A DNA stretch of 64,000 nt, taken from contig NC_134472.1 in the NCBI RefSeq assembly GCF_964194025.1, positions 72,478,001 through 72,542,000 on the forward strand, written 5' to 3'. The DNA comes from Convolutriloba macropyga. Its lineage: Eukaryota. Below are positions 38,350 through 52,123 of the stretch, in pieces. The notes beneath the pieces are model-generated. The model was not told the DNA's origin. It did not search any database and saw only the letters and a list, made by a program, of their open reading frames with translations. Made by a program: the position numbers and the translations under genes. Positions within the stretch are counted from its first letter, which is position 1, and each line of letters starts with the position of its first letter.

Positions 38350-39793
38350 TTATTAATAGCCGCCCTCATCTTCTCAGCCGGCTATTATAGCGCTCCTATT
38401 TTTTTTACAATTCAAAGAATTTGAATTGTATTGGGGCGCTGTCTTTTTTTTTAAGATCTGTTCACACATTTTCATGATTTTTGAAGTCAAATTGGAGTGG
38501 TGATTTTGGTCACGCCGAAGCAGAAATGGAGCGAAAAGCGAGTGGTTTTGCGGCGTGAATTTTTTCGCTCTAATTTTAAAGTAGAGTGAGAAAACGGTGT
38601 TTGAACAAAAAATCGGTTTCTCGGTAGCGGTTTTTTGTTCACATGCGGCAATTTCACTCTGATTTTTACTGTTTTTTTCGATTTTTTGGATCGGATTTTT
38701 TCTAAATAGTTTTCCCAATCCATTCACAGCTCATTCTGGACCTAGTTTTTTTGTTAGAATCAAAATTACATATCTCACTAGTGGTTTTTTGTTCTCCATA
38801 GCAGCATTTTGTCATTGATTTTCTGTTTTTTTTGGTTTTTTCATCTGATTTTTTTAGAAATGGTTTTCCCAATTCACTCATTGTCCGTTCTAGGTCTAGT
38901 TGTTTGTTAAGTCAATGAAAATTCTTTGAATTGTACGTCAGGACTTGTCCTGCTATGTTTTTTACTTCGTCGAATAAAAAAATGTTTCGCTTTACCTCAT
39001 TTTGCCGCCTTTTCAACATTTTGCGTGAAATCTTTTTGACTTCTCTAGGCTAGTTTCTCTCTTCTCTCATTCTGCCTAAAAGTGATTTTGAACATCAGTT
39101 GCTCAGCAAAGCAATTCAAAATGAACAGTCAGTATAAAAAATTGAAGTCAGAAATAGAAACGGGATAAACCCATAAAGCCCAACTTTAGATGCCCGCTAT
39201 TTGAACGTCGGTCCTATAAGTATTAGTTACCTCTCTCTCTAAAGCTTACTGTTATTAATAGCCGCCTCATCTTCTCAGCCGGCTATTATAGCGCTCCTAT
39301 TTTTTTTTTACTTCGTCGAATAAAAAAATGTTTTCGCTTTACCTCATTTTGCCGCTTTTTCAACATTTGCGTAAAATCTTTTTGACTTCTCTAGGCTAGT
39401 TTCTCTCTTCTCTCATTCTGCTAAAGTGATTTTGAGCATCAGTTGCTCAGCAAAGCAATTGAAAATGAACAAAGTCAGTATAAAAATTGAAGTCAGAAAT
39501 AGAAACGGGATAAACCCATAAAGCCCAATTTTAGATGCCCGCTATTTGAACATCGTTCCTATAAGTCTTAGTTACCATCTCTAATGCTTATTGTATTGAT
39601 AGTAGCCCCTGTAGCCTCTCTCTAAGAAACAGAAGTACGTTATGTTCAACTACGAAATGCCATCAAAATCAAATCGGACTTAAAAAATGTTTTTGTACAA
39701 AAATCTTTTTTTTTTCAAAATCTTCTGTTATTTCAATCCCAATCATGCTTATTGGAATCAACGGCGGCTATTTTCCGGCAATCTGCCGGGTAT
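38350..39793 (+). mobile_element. Two head-to-tail HINE family B copies (first interrupted and truncated, second complete at 39252-39793)
   Basis: TTATTAATAGCCGCC starts at about 38350 and 39252; 3' subTIR plus CCGGCAATCTGCCGG hairpin at 39763-39789. Confidence 0.8.
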
Positions 39794-42650
39794 GTTTGAT
39801 AGNNNNNNNNNNNNNNNNNNNNNNNNNNNNNNNNNNNNNNNNNNNNNNNNNNNNNNNNNNNNNNNNNNNNNNNNNNNNNNNNNNNNNNNNNNNNNNNNNN
39901 NNNNNNNNNNNNNNNNNNNNNNNNNNNNNNNNNNNNNNNNNNNNNNNNNNNNNNNNNNNNNNNNNNNNNNNNNNNNNNNNNNNNNNNNNNNNNNNNNNNN
40001 NNCTATAAAATCTAAGGAACAAACGAAATGGAGATTTCCAAGGAAGCCCATCTCAAAAAATTTAAATTCAAGGAAAACTGGATTTCTGAGAACCCTTATC
40101 TTAGTAAACATTTTCAGCAATATTGCACTTAAAAGTTCTGAAGCGTTTTGCAAACCGAAATATTTTTATATTTCATTGTCTACTGTTCAAACAAATATCA
40201 ATATCAAAAGTTGCTACCATTTGTTGCAACGATTCCTATCACTGTATGTGATTGGCTGGTCCCTTGTTGCAATATAATTTGATTTGATGCTGAGGGCGAT
40301 ACATAAAAGATTGCAGTGAAAAACAAAGAGCGTGATTAGCCGATCCGATTTTAATATAGGTTGCTGTAGTTGAAATAGTGTATTAGTGTATATCATAACA
40401 TTATATCCAAAACGATAGCTTGCAAACATATACTCTATTTCCATGTAAAAATGCAGTGAAAAGTTCTTTCAAAAAACAGAAACAAGTAAAAAATTGATTT
40501 GAAATTTGCTGAAAAAGTTGCCTGGATGCAGAAACTGTACCAACAACTCATGCAAGAAATCTATTTTCATCTATTTAAAAAATCTGTATTATCATCTGAA
40601 AAATTTTCCGTTGAAAGATGGGATGGCAACAACTGCAATTTAATATAATGCAAGAAAGAGTTGCAATTTGAAAAAAAAATAATTAGGACAAATTATCTGG
40701 AGTGCTTTTCCCGCTGAAATCGGACTAGCTATTGGACAAATTACTGAGTTTTTTTCACTTCATAGCAATAATTCAAATGATTTAAAAATACAACTTAGGT
40801 ATAGGTATATCACTTTATTTGGGTTTCATGCTCTGAAGGCGATTAAGAAACGAACTACAATGGACGAGTTCCTCTTTCCACAGCAGATTTGCACTTTTTG
40901 AGCTAACTGAAATAAATTGCGGGTCACTATAAAAACAGAAAGGCCTTTATTGGTATAAGACTTTCATGACCACTGAGGTAACTTCCCATAAAGAAACTAA
41001 TGCAACTAGAACTCAAAATTCTTACAATTAATATTATAAAGTGATTCAGAATGTAACAAAACGAACTACAGCAGTTTCTATACTTGTTCCTAAATGGACT
41101 ATGATGCACTTTCATCAATTAAAAGCTATTAAACAGTTTCAAAACGATGAGTTTGTAAATTCCCACAAATATTTTCCCAAACTAATCCTAGAAAACTTCT
41201 CAATTTTCTAATATTAATATTTGCAAAATTATTTGCGTTTCATAAACAGATGCCTTTTTTCCCAAAAATGGTACAGAAGCTCAAATAAAAACAACGATTT
41301 GCATGGTCAAGCCCGACCAGCTGGCCTTCCTTGTGTTTCACGATTGTTATGATTTTCATTTCCACTGTCTATTTTTTGTAGCAAATATCATGAAGTTCAT
41401 CTTCCGATTATGAGACGCCTGAAAACACACATTATGGTCTTTTTGGTAATCGGTCTTTTTTAAGATTTGGTCAAGTGTGTAAAAACTCTAATTATTTTGT
41501 CAAGAAACTGAGAAACAATTTATTATTATTAACCTTTCTTGCCCAAAATGTGTCAAACAAAATGTACTCCTAAATTTGGAAACTAATAAAATTCGAAACA
41601 ATCTCGATTACAAGGCAACAGTATAATGTCATCAATGAAAATTCATAGTAATTTTGTTATTCAACTTTGTTATTTAATAAGTTATTTAAAAGTTATAAAA
41701 TACAAAATACTTTTCCAAATACATGATATACGGTCAAATAGATATGCTCAAACAAAACTGGGTTGACATTTTAAACAAGAATGTCTGCCAGTGGTTTTTT
41801 TGTCTCGAACAAAATTCGTTTCAAACCATTAGTAGCTAGCTCAACACATAAAAAAAGAGTTAATTTTAAAATACGTCAGTTAAGGATCGGACTGAATACA
41901 AAATCTTGACTAAAACGGTGTCCTTACTTTTTAGTTCTCTAAAAAAATTTTAACATAAATCTCAGTACATTCCTACGTTTTACCCGTAACAAGGGAACCA
42001 GCACCCTCGTGCCATGGCACTAAGTAACTCGGGTGACTAATTTTTGGAAACTCCCGTACCTTGGTCTACGACTAATCCAGCGCTGTAACATTAAATTTTT
42101 CATTCTGATTTTTTGCCTGACACTTGTTCTGTTCATGTCAGTTTTGGGAATTTAAAGTCTGTTTTAAAATATGACTCATTAGGGCATGATTTTGTTTATA
42201 GGAATTTTATCTGAGCAGCAATAAAGCGCGGCTGAATTTTATCGGGGCATTATTATAAGGTGGCTGAAATTTAGCGGCACATGAATAAAAAGCGGCTGAC
42301 TTTCATCTAGGCATGAACCGAAGGCGACGGATTTGCATCTGTGCAGCATAATTATAATTGCTCGCCCGTATTATTTACTTAAGTGTTCTCTCAAGTGGCA
42401 ATTAAAACGCGCTCTACTCTATACTCATGACTACAGTTTGTTACTCAAAACTGCGTTTACATGCGCTATGATGACTCTGACTCTAGTAAAAAGCATCAAC
42501 GGAAAATATCTAGTTAAGAATATGAAATGACTAAAATGTGGAAAAAAGTGAAAAGTATGAATTAAATTGAATTGAAAGTGAATTAACTGAATTGAATGAA
42601 TGAATGAATTGAAGAGTTTCACTTTGAAGTGAATGAATTGAAGTTTGAGT

Positions 42651-42732
42651 TCACTTTCACTTTCACAGGTCACTTTCACAGGTCACTTTTACAGGTCACT
42701 TTCACAGGTCACTTTCACAGGTCACTTTCACT
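42651..42732. repeat. 13-bp tandem repeat TTCACAGGTCACT
   Basis: About 5-6 visible units. Confidence 0.9.
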
Positions 42733-43374
42733 TTTAAACTCTCCTCGCCATTCTCTGTATTCTCCCCGGTGCACATACGTGACCTTGTCGTCAATGAGTC
42801 TTCAGTTGCAGCCGGGAAAAGTTGCTGCAGAGGCTTCACTGAAGTCTGAATAAGTGAAGAGGGTGACTCGTAAATCTCCATCTTCATCAGCAGAGGCCCT
42901 CAGAGTTACTAAAGGTTGCAAGCAAAGTAAAATTGACCTGAAACAAAGTACCCGCATTCAAATCGCCTCCCCTTCCGTCCATTCTCTACAGTACTCACAC
43001 TCGCATCAGGTGCCCGTCTTTTTCGCAAATTCCGTACTCGATCCATTCGTTCGTTATCGATGTCGAACACCTTCCTCACTGTTAGAATTCCATGGCACGT
43101 CTTCTCTTTAGGATCCGCAACAACAAACATTATTTCCCGCCTGCATTTCATAATCGACTCGTGTAACTCCACCGTAATAACAACCTGTTCCATCTTCTTG
43201 ATACAATCCAAACAATTCAATCAAATCAAAGTCAGTTCAACAAACACAAAGTTCAAATACAAGTCTCAATCAAATCTGAAATACACAACATATGAAGACC
43301 ATTGAGTCTACTATTCAAACACTGGAAAAAGGTTAACATAATTACACTGGTGCATTCACATCAATCAGGTAGAA

Positions 43375-44102
43375 ACGGCGGAGGTCGGTGGAGGTCGGCA
43401 GAGGTCGGAAGTCGGCGGAGGTCGGTGGAAGTCGGCGGAGGTCGGAAGTCGGCGGAGGTCGGAAGTCGGCGGAGGTCGGTGGAAGTCGGCGGAGGTCGGT
43501 GGAAGTCGGCGGAGGTCGGTGGAAGTCGGCGGAGGTCGGAAGTCGGCGGAGGTCGGTGGAAGTCGGCGGAGGTCGGAAGTCGGCGGAGGTCGGTGGAAGT
43601 CGGAGGAGGTCGGTGGAAGTCGGCGGAGGTCGGTGGAAGTCGGCGGAGGTCGGAAGTCGGTGGAAGACGGCGGAGGTCGGTGGAAGTCGGCGGAGGTCGG
43701 AAGTCGGTGGAAGTCGTCGGAGGTCGGTGGAAGTCGGCGGATGTCGGAAGTCGGCGGAGGTCGGAAGTCGGCGGAGGTCGGAAGTCGGCGGAGGTCGGTG
43801 GAAGTCGGCGGAGGTCGGTGGAAGTCGGCGGAGGTCGGTGGAAGTCGGCGGAGGTCGGAAGTCGGCGGAGGTCGGTGGAAGTCGGCGGAGGTCGGAAGTC
43901 GGCGGAGGTCGGTGGAAGTCGGCGGAGGTCGGCGGAAGTCGGCGGAGGTCGGTGGAAGTCGGCGGAGGTCGGAAGTCGGTGGAAGACGGCGGAGGTCGGT
44001 GGAAGTCGGCGGAGGTCGGAAGTCGGTGGAAGTCGTCGGAGGTCGGTGGAAGTCGGCGGATGTCGGAAGTCGGCGGAGGTCGGCGGAAGTCGGTGGAAGT
44101 CG
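43375..44102. repeat. GC-rich minisatellite built from GGAGGTC(GGT)GGAAGTCGGC units
   Basis: 17- and 20-bp unit variants; explains the open frames in all three plus-strand frames. Confidence 0.95.
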
Positions 44103-45340
44103 ATGTGTCAGTTAATTGTGGTGTAGTATGTACAAGTTAGGCTAGAATGCAGCTCCGGGTATCGCCACGTTGAAAATTTCATGCATGATATCAGTCATTC
44201 GAAATTTTCAAAATTTGCTATGTACAGTCTGTTAGTTCTTCGTCTGTACAGTCTGAACTGAGACATTCTGTGCAGTGTTAACCAATAATGTAAATGATGC
44301 TGCGAAGAAAAAAAAAACAGACTGGGATTTTTCTTAATCGACTCTGGGCAGACTGGCAAATTTATTTACACTGCTATTTGTCTGGTACAGTACTGGTTAT
44401 AATTGAAAGTCAATGGTACAGCGTTGAAACTCACTGCGACCTAGGTACGGGCTAACAAATAAATTTTGCATTTTCTGCTATTGTTAAAAGGCTATCAGAT
44501 CATTGAAGCTAAAATCTATAAAGCTGTCTATTTCCATAATAGTGGGGCCAATAACCATAAATTAAAATTAGGTTACATTCGAATAGGCCATACGTATACA
44601 TTAGATCATAAATCTTAGTCGCCCGAGGGACTTAGTGATCTGATAAGAGGTTACTTGCGATCGGACACAAGGCACGAGAAGGACTAGGATTCATGTTCTA
44701 ATGTATGCAGAAAATCAAAAAATGAAAACTCAGGATGTCAACAGTGCCGTCTTGCCAGTTTGAGAGTGTGACAAAATAGGACTACTAAGTAAGGCTAACA
44801 ACCTAGACAAATTCGCGGTAAAACACATTTCAATAGCGTACAGATTTTCTACGTGCTTTTCTATGACTTAATTACGAACTAATTCACAAAATTAAGTTGC
44901 CTCGAGATGTTAGTGACTGGCTATTTTTACCCTTAATTTTATAAGTATAAGTTAGGAAGAATCTTAGTCGCCCGATGGATTTGGTGCCATGACACAAAGG
45001 TGGTTGCGCCCGAGTGCTGGACGCGAGGCGCAACGGAACCTACGATATATTTCTACCGTATTTAGAGAACCAAAAGGCATGAAAGTGATGCATTGTCCTA
45101 TAGGACACAAAGTTTAGCACAAAAAATTAGACTTTCACTTCTTTAAGTCTAAGTTCAACCTTTCAAACTTAGCTCTCTGCCTCAAGATTTTAGTGACCTA
45201 TGAAATCGTACCCTGTGGTTCTAATAGAAAACGCAATTTTTTCCAAACACATTTTGCATTACTCTTGTCTGTTAGCGAAAAACTGAAAATATGAACGATC
45301 GTAATAACGTTTTATCCAAAAACATGTTACTTTTCTTAAT

Positions 45341-48300
45341 ATGATCAATTATGAATATTTGTTTCTAATACTATACGCAATCTTTATTCAACCGAATTTC
45401 AGTTTCTGGTCATGTGTTGATGATAAGTCGACAAAACCAATTCGTTATTTTTGCAGTGCTTTACACGAAAACATAACTTTATTCTACATAAGTCCTGTAT
45501 TTTCAACTCGCCTCTCCGTCACAGTAATATCAAATAATATTACCCAAAACTCAACCAAGGGTTTTAATTGGAGGATAGTTAACTCAACAGCTGGTCCTAA
45601 ACTCTGCGAATCAGTGGAATCTTTGACTAGTCTTGGATCTGTTAAATTGCGTTTTGTTTGCCTCTTCCCTGCAAAAATGGAAGGAAACTATCCAGTGGAG
45701 ATCAAGTTGTCAAAAGAGATTGTAGTGGCAATGAAATTGATTATTGAATCGGGCGAAAACAGAACAGGTAAAGTTTTCCTGCCAGATTTTAATTACAAAA
45801 TTGGGCAAAATATTCCAAATGGACTGCGTACAAGTAAATTACTTTTGTAACCAGTTGGTTAAGTTTACAAGCTAAAAAAATTATGACGTTCTGTACAGTT
45901 ATCGGTCGAATATAAGCTTTTCGACTAACAATAAAGTATTTTTTGATATTTAGGACATTTATAAACTCTTTTCCAGTATACCCGCTGTTATCGCACTATG
46001 GTATAATTACAGCTATAAGGGTCTATGGGGGCTGGCCGGCGATTGGCGTTTACTAGCCGCCGGATTGGCCGACAGCCAAAAAATGAGAATTTAAGCCCAC
46101 GACTCGACCGCGCACCATCTAATTGTTGAACAAGCTAGTGATACTTTGAAATCAGATTAGTGTATTATTTTAAAATAAGTGGTCAGCCAAAATATTCTTT
46201 GTTCCGACCCTACTTGAGGAGGAACTATACGCTCAACTGGTCTTTTCTGTTTTGTCAATTTTGGCCGATCGATATATTCATTGCACAGGGTTGTGAGAGG
46301 TATCATCAGAAAATCCGCCAAACGTAGATTATAAAACTAAAAAAGACATCATTTTTGTTTCAAAATTTTAAAATTTTGTTTTTCGGAGAGTTATTGAGGT
46401 TTAAAAATTTTGTGAACAATTCACTTTTCACAATGATTTTGTTCACATAATTGGCCATTTTTTAAGATTCATTAATTTTTGCCCTATTATGTTAATATTT
46501 TTCGAACGGGTTCTAGTAACACTGAAGCATTATTGAGGCTAGTTTTTTCTCAAATAATAGTTTTAAAGAGATTTGGATTTGTATCTAGATCTTTTTTGTT
46601 TCGTTTTTGTTTTTAATTTTTGTGGTCATTTGACTTGTGTTTTGTTTTTCTTCTGCTTAATTTTCGGCAATGTATAATGAATGCAAAGCAATTGCTTTAA
46701 TGAGGAAATCATGCTGTTTTCTGATTTGGTCTGTAGGCAGCTAATGGTTTTGTTGACTTCGACGACAAAAAAATTCATTTTTTTTCGCTTTTTGTGTTGC
46801 TGATTTTTATGTTGCTTCTGAAATAAATGAAGTTTTAATGAGGTCAAGATGAACTTTATTAAAAACTCTGAACCTATTTGGTTGAGTACTTCTGCACTAA
46901 TTGTTTTTTTCCTGTGGGTTTGTTACAGTCTTGGTATTGAAGGACGCCATCGTTTGCATTAGTGGAAAAACGAATGCATATGAACGGCTGACGTTCACCA
47001 TTTTTTGTACAGCCGACTTGTCAATAACTATGATTGATGATTTGATAAAATTGTCTTTTCAATCATGGAAAAAGGGAAGAAAAAGTTATCTTCTATCTGT
47101 CCTTCCATCTAGTTCAATGTTAGATATAGTAAGAACAAATTGGGATACTTTGCATTTGAGTCCCCAGACTTAGTACGTGCAAACTTTTTTTTAGGAATCT
47201 ATCAAAGTTTAGATTTAAAAATTTGAGTGACTGTGTCCAACAAAAAAGATGTGTTTGCCTTAATGGTTCAGAGATGCTGTTGTTTGAATTTGGGCGACTG
47301 AAAAAATCGATGAATTTTAAATTATAAATTTTTTTGTAAAAAATTTGTACATTTTCTCCGTTTCATTCTTTTTGAATCACTGAGAAGTCTTATCTAAATT
47401 AAAAAGAGGTCTAGAAAGTCTTCAGCAGCGTCTCCTTTTCATAATTTTTGGTTTTGTTTTAAAGCAACTCTTATATTAAAACTTTTATAAAGGTTTTGTT
47501 TTGAAATTTGACGTTTTTTCAAGTTTCTTACAGTCTGAATAATAAAAGGTCTCGTTGCTTGTAGCTGTAGAATAAAACCTGCTTACTACAAATACCTGAT
47601 GCTCATAGCTGATAGTTTTTTGCACTGGACACAATTTTTAAATTTTATTACGTGAATTTTGAGTTCTACCAGTTTTTACTGTCTCACCTGAGTTTTGTCA
47701 ATAATTGGTTTCTCACTTAACATTGGTTCCTTTCAAATGGAATTATACTTTAGTTTAATTGCTGACGAATCCAATTGATTTTATACACAGCCAAATCTGA
47801 GAACGTTCATTATTAAATTTTCGAAAGAATTTTTAAATTTTTTTCACTAGTTTGTTTTTTGTTACCATTGGGTGTTTACAATTGGCCACATAATTTAAAA
47901 TTTATTTGCTTACAAGTCCAATCGGTTTTGTAAATAAGCATATCTGGAAGTTCTCAATGTGTCCATTTGACAATTAGTATTCAATTTTTTTGTCCGAGAA
48001 CACAACAGATTTAGGGGAAATAATCTTCGTGTTTTTGTCAACGTGATTACATAGCTTGGGAAAATGTATTTAATTTGATCTTTTTTTGCAATCTCAATTG
48101 AGGCTTATAGGTGAGTGCAGAGGTCATTTTTCTTACTTCAACACTCTTATGAGCCTATATTGAGAAATTAAAATCTAATCGAAATTCACTTGAGGCCCCT
48201 TGTTACTTAGAAGACACTACCGTGAGAGTTAGTTTAAAAACAGTATAGATGTTTATATGTATTTGAATCTCGTCTTTTGTTTTTTTGGTGAAGTTAGTTC

Positions 48301-51300
48301 TTCACTTGCTAAAACTGTTTTTCTACTTGAGAAATTACATTAGAGTTGATTGCATGCCGGTCGTTTTGTATGTTCGAGTGTTCATTCTATTAAATAAAGA
48401 CATTTGAGCTCACTGTTATAAACCATTTTTTGTACAGACGTCTGTCCTTTTTTAGAAATCTCAAAATTTGATTATCAAAATATGAACATCTTATTTGAAG
48501 ACAGTCTAGCTCTGCTTCAATTGGTAGGCAATTGAGACCAGATTGTATTAGCGGGCTCAACGCGTTATGTACCATCGCAACTTAGCGGACCTTGTTTCAT
48601 AACGGCTAACCCACCTGTGGGGTAATATTGCCAGCACCGTTCAAGCCTTTATAATCAGCGGGAGCTTTTCAAGGCTCAAAATTTTATCATTTTGGTCCAG
48701 ATTATTGATCCCATTTTCAGATCGCTTGGACTCACATGCCTCGCAGGGTTCCTTCAAACCAAATTCGGACGAACTCCGTTCCTCAGACCACAAAGTGATG
48801 CACGCATTTCCGCATTTAACACCTTGGAAGGTCACTGAAACTGTGTCCAATGCGTCTGTGAGGATCAGAACGTGTTCACACCCATTGTGTGCTGCCAATT
48901 TGATCATGGACATTGTCGTGACGTCACAAATACCCAAAAAGGCTCAGGATATGGATGACAAAGACACAGGTTACAATGAATCGTCATAGTACCAATGTTT
49001 AGGCCTGGACTTATGAAAAGGCATATCCTCGACCAAAAGCGGGATGAAAAGACTTTAGCTCGACTTCAATAGTGATTTCGACTTTAGCTCGACTCAGCTT
49101 TTACTGTTGGACTTTAGTTCATACCTTTTCATTAAATAATTTTCTACCCCAGAAATATTTCAGTAATTAAGCGGTACTGGGTCGAGTATTGAATGGAATA
49201 ATGGTAAGAAGTGATAGGATACGGATGACAGCTTCGAAATATTTTTCATCGATTTCTAACAAATAAAAGATGATTGACGCTTTGTCTGCTGAGTTGTTTA
49301 ATTGGATGATCTTTGGTTCACTGACAACATAAATTACCCATTTTTTTTACCCAATATACCCAATATACTAGGACTATATATATTTTTTAAATATCAATAC
49401 TTTTTTACTGTTCGTTGCTGATTTGCAAACAGTTATAGTTTTGTAATCTTGGCTTTAGGACCATCTGCAAAATTTCTTCCTCCACCTGTCACTCGACTTG
49501 AAATGGTGTCCGAAAATGACTACAACATCACCCCAACCTGGGTTGACGAGACCTCAGACGTCAAGATCCAATGCGGCCAGGAAGCCATGGCAATCAAAGT
49601 GCCACTTCACCTGCAGCAGGTCCAGGCAGTGGACCCCAGAACTGGAATTTTTACAGTGAAGTCGTTTTCTTATGATCAGGAAGGGTTGTACGAGTGTATC
49701 AGATTAAATATGACCAAAGGAAGAAGGTAACTTCATGGATATATGAGCAATCACTTTGAGCCGGTAGATTAAAAAACTCCGCGTCTTAGTTACATTTTGT
49801 AAATTGCTCTCAAATCAAGATTGTAGCAATTATATTAACCTTTCGGTCAATTTTATGCAATTTTTCGCTTGACAGATTTTTCGTTAACCAAAAATTGTGA
49901 ATCAAAATGACATGTGACGACAATTATCGTTTCACACTTCGTTTGAGAGCAATTGAACAGCTTGAGTAGAATTGCAGAAGCTACAACATAAATGCACATT
50001 TGAATTTGTGCTCTCTGCTTTTCAACTTCTAATATATTTCCCAAAACCCATTGGACCTTTAAAGATTAAAATACTAACGCTGAGCTGTTTCTTAGCAGTC
50101 AGTCATTATTAATAGCCGCAAAGCGATAGCGGCTATTATTGGGGACATTGTGGTTTTGTTATTTAATTCGTTGTCTCCATCAATGATTCTTGCGACCTGA
50201 CTTCTTGGAATTGACTTTTCCAATTTGTGCTTTCTACTGCTTTGCAGTTAAAATTTGTGTGCGTGACGTCATTCGTTCAACTCTAAGGTCTATTGCGTGA
50301 CTTACCCCGCTCAAAAAGTGACTTCCGAACTCGCTTAATGAATTTAAATTCTATGAACATTAACTAGTTAAAGATGGATAGCGTGCATCTAAGTAGTGCA
50401 AAACGTATATGCCAAATCTCGAGTATTAGAGTCTGGAGTTTTTGATTTCGAATATTCATTTTGGAAAAGATCCATTAGGGCTTTTTCTTTATAGAGCCCA
50501 TGTGTCTCATAAAAATAACAGTCCGAATCTAACCAAAAGGTCTACTGGTCTATTAAAGACTGATGGTCAATCCGTCTATCTTAATTCTTTAGTTGTTTCA
50601 ATTCATGGAAGGCCACAAGCGTCTAACGCGGCTATTTTTCAGCAATCTTCCGGCCATGTTTTTTCTATCCAATCACAAAGACACTAGTTTCAGAGAAAAC
50701 GAATCAAATTTTTGGACTTACTATTTAACTTACTTAACTATTTGAGGACCTAAAGTCTCAGCAAAGATTTTAAGCATTTTGCAATTTTCACGTTTTGATT
50801 TCAGGTATTGCTTAGATATTAATGAACAGTACTTAAAAGTGACGAAGAAAAAGCTCACTAAAATATAATTCCAAATTCAGCTTTCAATTCAATCTTTAGC
50901 AACTAAAACAGCATACTTTTAACTTCTCTGTTATAACTTTTTTCGTTTTGTACTTTCTGCCACTTCATTATTTTCCATGCTTTGGTCGCGCATTTTTTCA
51001 GCCATTTCATAGGGTCCGGGTAATAATTCTTAGGGTCTGGGCTTAATATCAAGTCTGACAGGCCGCAAAAATATGCCCGTGAGTCGCGGTCAAATGCGCC
51101 GCGTTTTAACCGTCAAGTGGAATTTTATTTCGTTGGTTTTCTATGGAACCAAATTTAACAACACTAAGCTCATTTTACAACACTATTGTAAAAAACAAAA
51201 CAAATTTTTGTGAGCTTTTTTACTTTTAGTAGTAAACTGTCACCAATTAAGTTCAAGCTAAAATTTAAGAACTGCGGCAAATTTGGTAGGCGAACTTTAA

Positions 51301-52123
51301 TGATTGCGGTTTTAAGCGTTGACAAAAATCGATGAAAAACTTTCCGAAATTCTTACAAAATTCACCTAAAAATTTTAGAGCTCGATTAAAAACATTTGCG
51401 GGAACTTTTCGCCATTTCAGTTTTCGTCATCAGAAACGGGATAAATGGGTAACGCCCGAAGGTTATTAAGTCTCTTGATTGCTTTTAGATCTCAATAATT
51501 CTTTAGGCACAATGTGATAATTTTGGTCAATTTTGGAAGCTTGGAACACCCCAACCCCCCCCCCTCCCGTTAAGGTTCGAAGACATACATAATATGCTTC
51601 TAATCATTTTTAAAGCAAGTGAACATTTAGGGTCTTGTTGAAAGTTAGTGACTGTCGCAAATTCAAGTGCAGAAAAAATGAACTCTGCTACGAAATGAAC
51701 AAAGGAGATTTCACCCATCATGCATGTTTAAAGACAGTCCAAAACAAATTGTTCAAACAGTCAAATGTCAGCATTTACTTCATGCCTTTTTGGCTATTTC
51801 TAATATCGCTCGGACTCGCATTCACAATTCATTTAAACTTCAGCAAGCAGAATAGCAAACATAGAAAAGTTCGTTCAGCAAAGATTTCAAAAAAGAAAAA
51901 CGCAAAGAAACATCGAAAGGGATACGAACAACTATCATCGCTTTCCAACGAAAACCCTGTCACAGTTAACAAGACCCAAGAAAAACCCAGAAAAGTTTAC
52001 TTCTCCACAAACAATTTGAAGAAGAAAAAGAAAAGAACAGGACAAGAAAAAGAAGCTCGAATGCCTGATAAACCAACGGAAAACACGCCTTTCATTTCGC
52101 CAGATCCAACTTCAAAAACTTAA
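45341..52123 (+). CDS. Type I membrane protein with Ig-like domain(s), a Cys-rich juxtamembrane module and a basic tail (exons 45341-45767, 48721-48969, 49459-49726, 51631-52123)
   Basis: Signal peptide; phase-compatible GT-AG junctions; spliced Ig F/G strands DQEGLYECIRLNMTKGRRVLLKV; CRKFKCRKNELC; TM IYFMPFWLFLISLGLAFTIHL. The exon 2 donor is weak. Confidence 0.7.
50106..50660 (+). mobile_element. HINE-like element related to family B
   Basis: AATAGCCGC..GCGGCTATT 5' hairpin and 3' GCGGCTATTTTTCAGCAATCTTCCGG. Confidence 0.55.

Noticed and set aside
43302-44140. Long Arg/Ser/Gly-rich ORFs in three frames
   Set aside because: They are translations of a stop-free minisatellite.
44610-45200. 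Two diverged ~350-bp repeats starting AATCTTAGTCGCCCGA (inverted relative near 41.9-42.0 kb)
   Set aside because: A real but old repeat; termini and class could not be defined.
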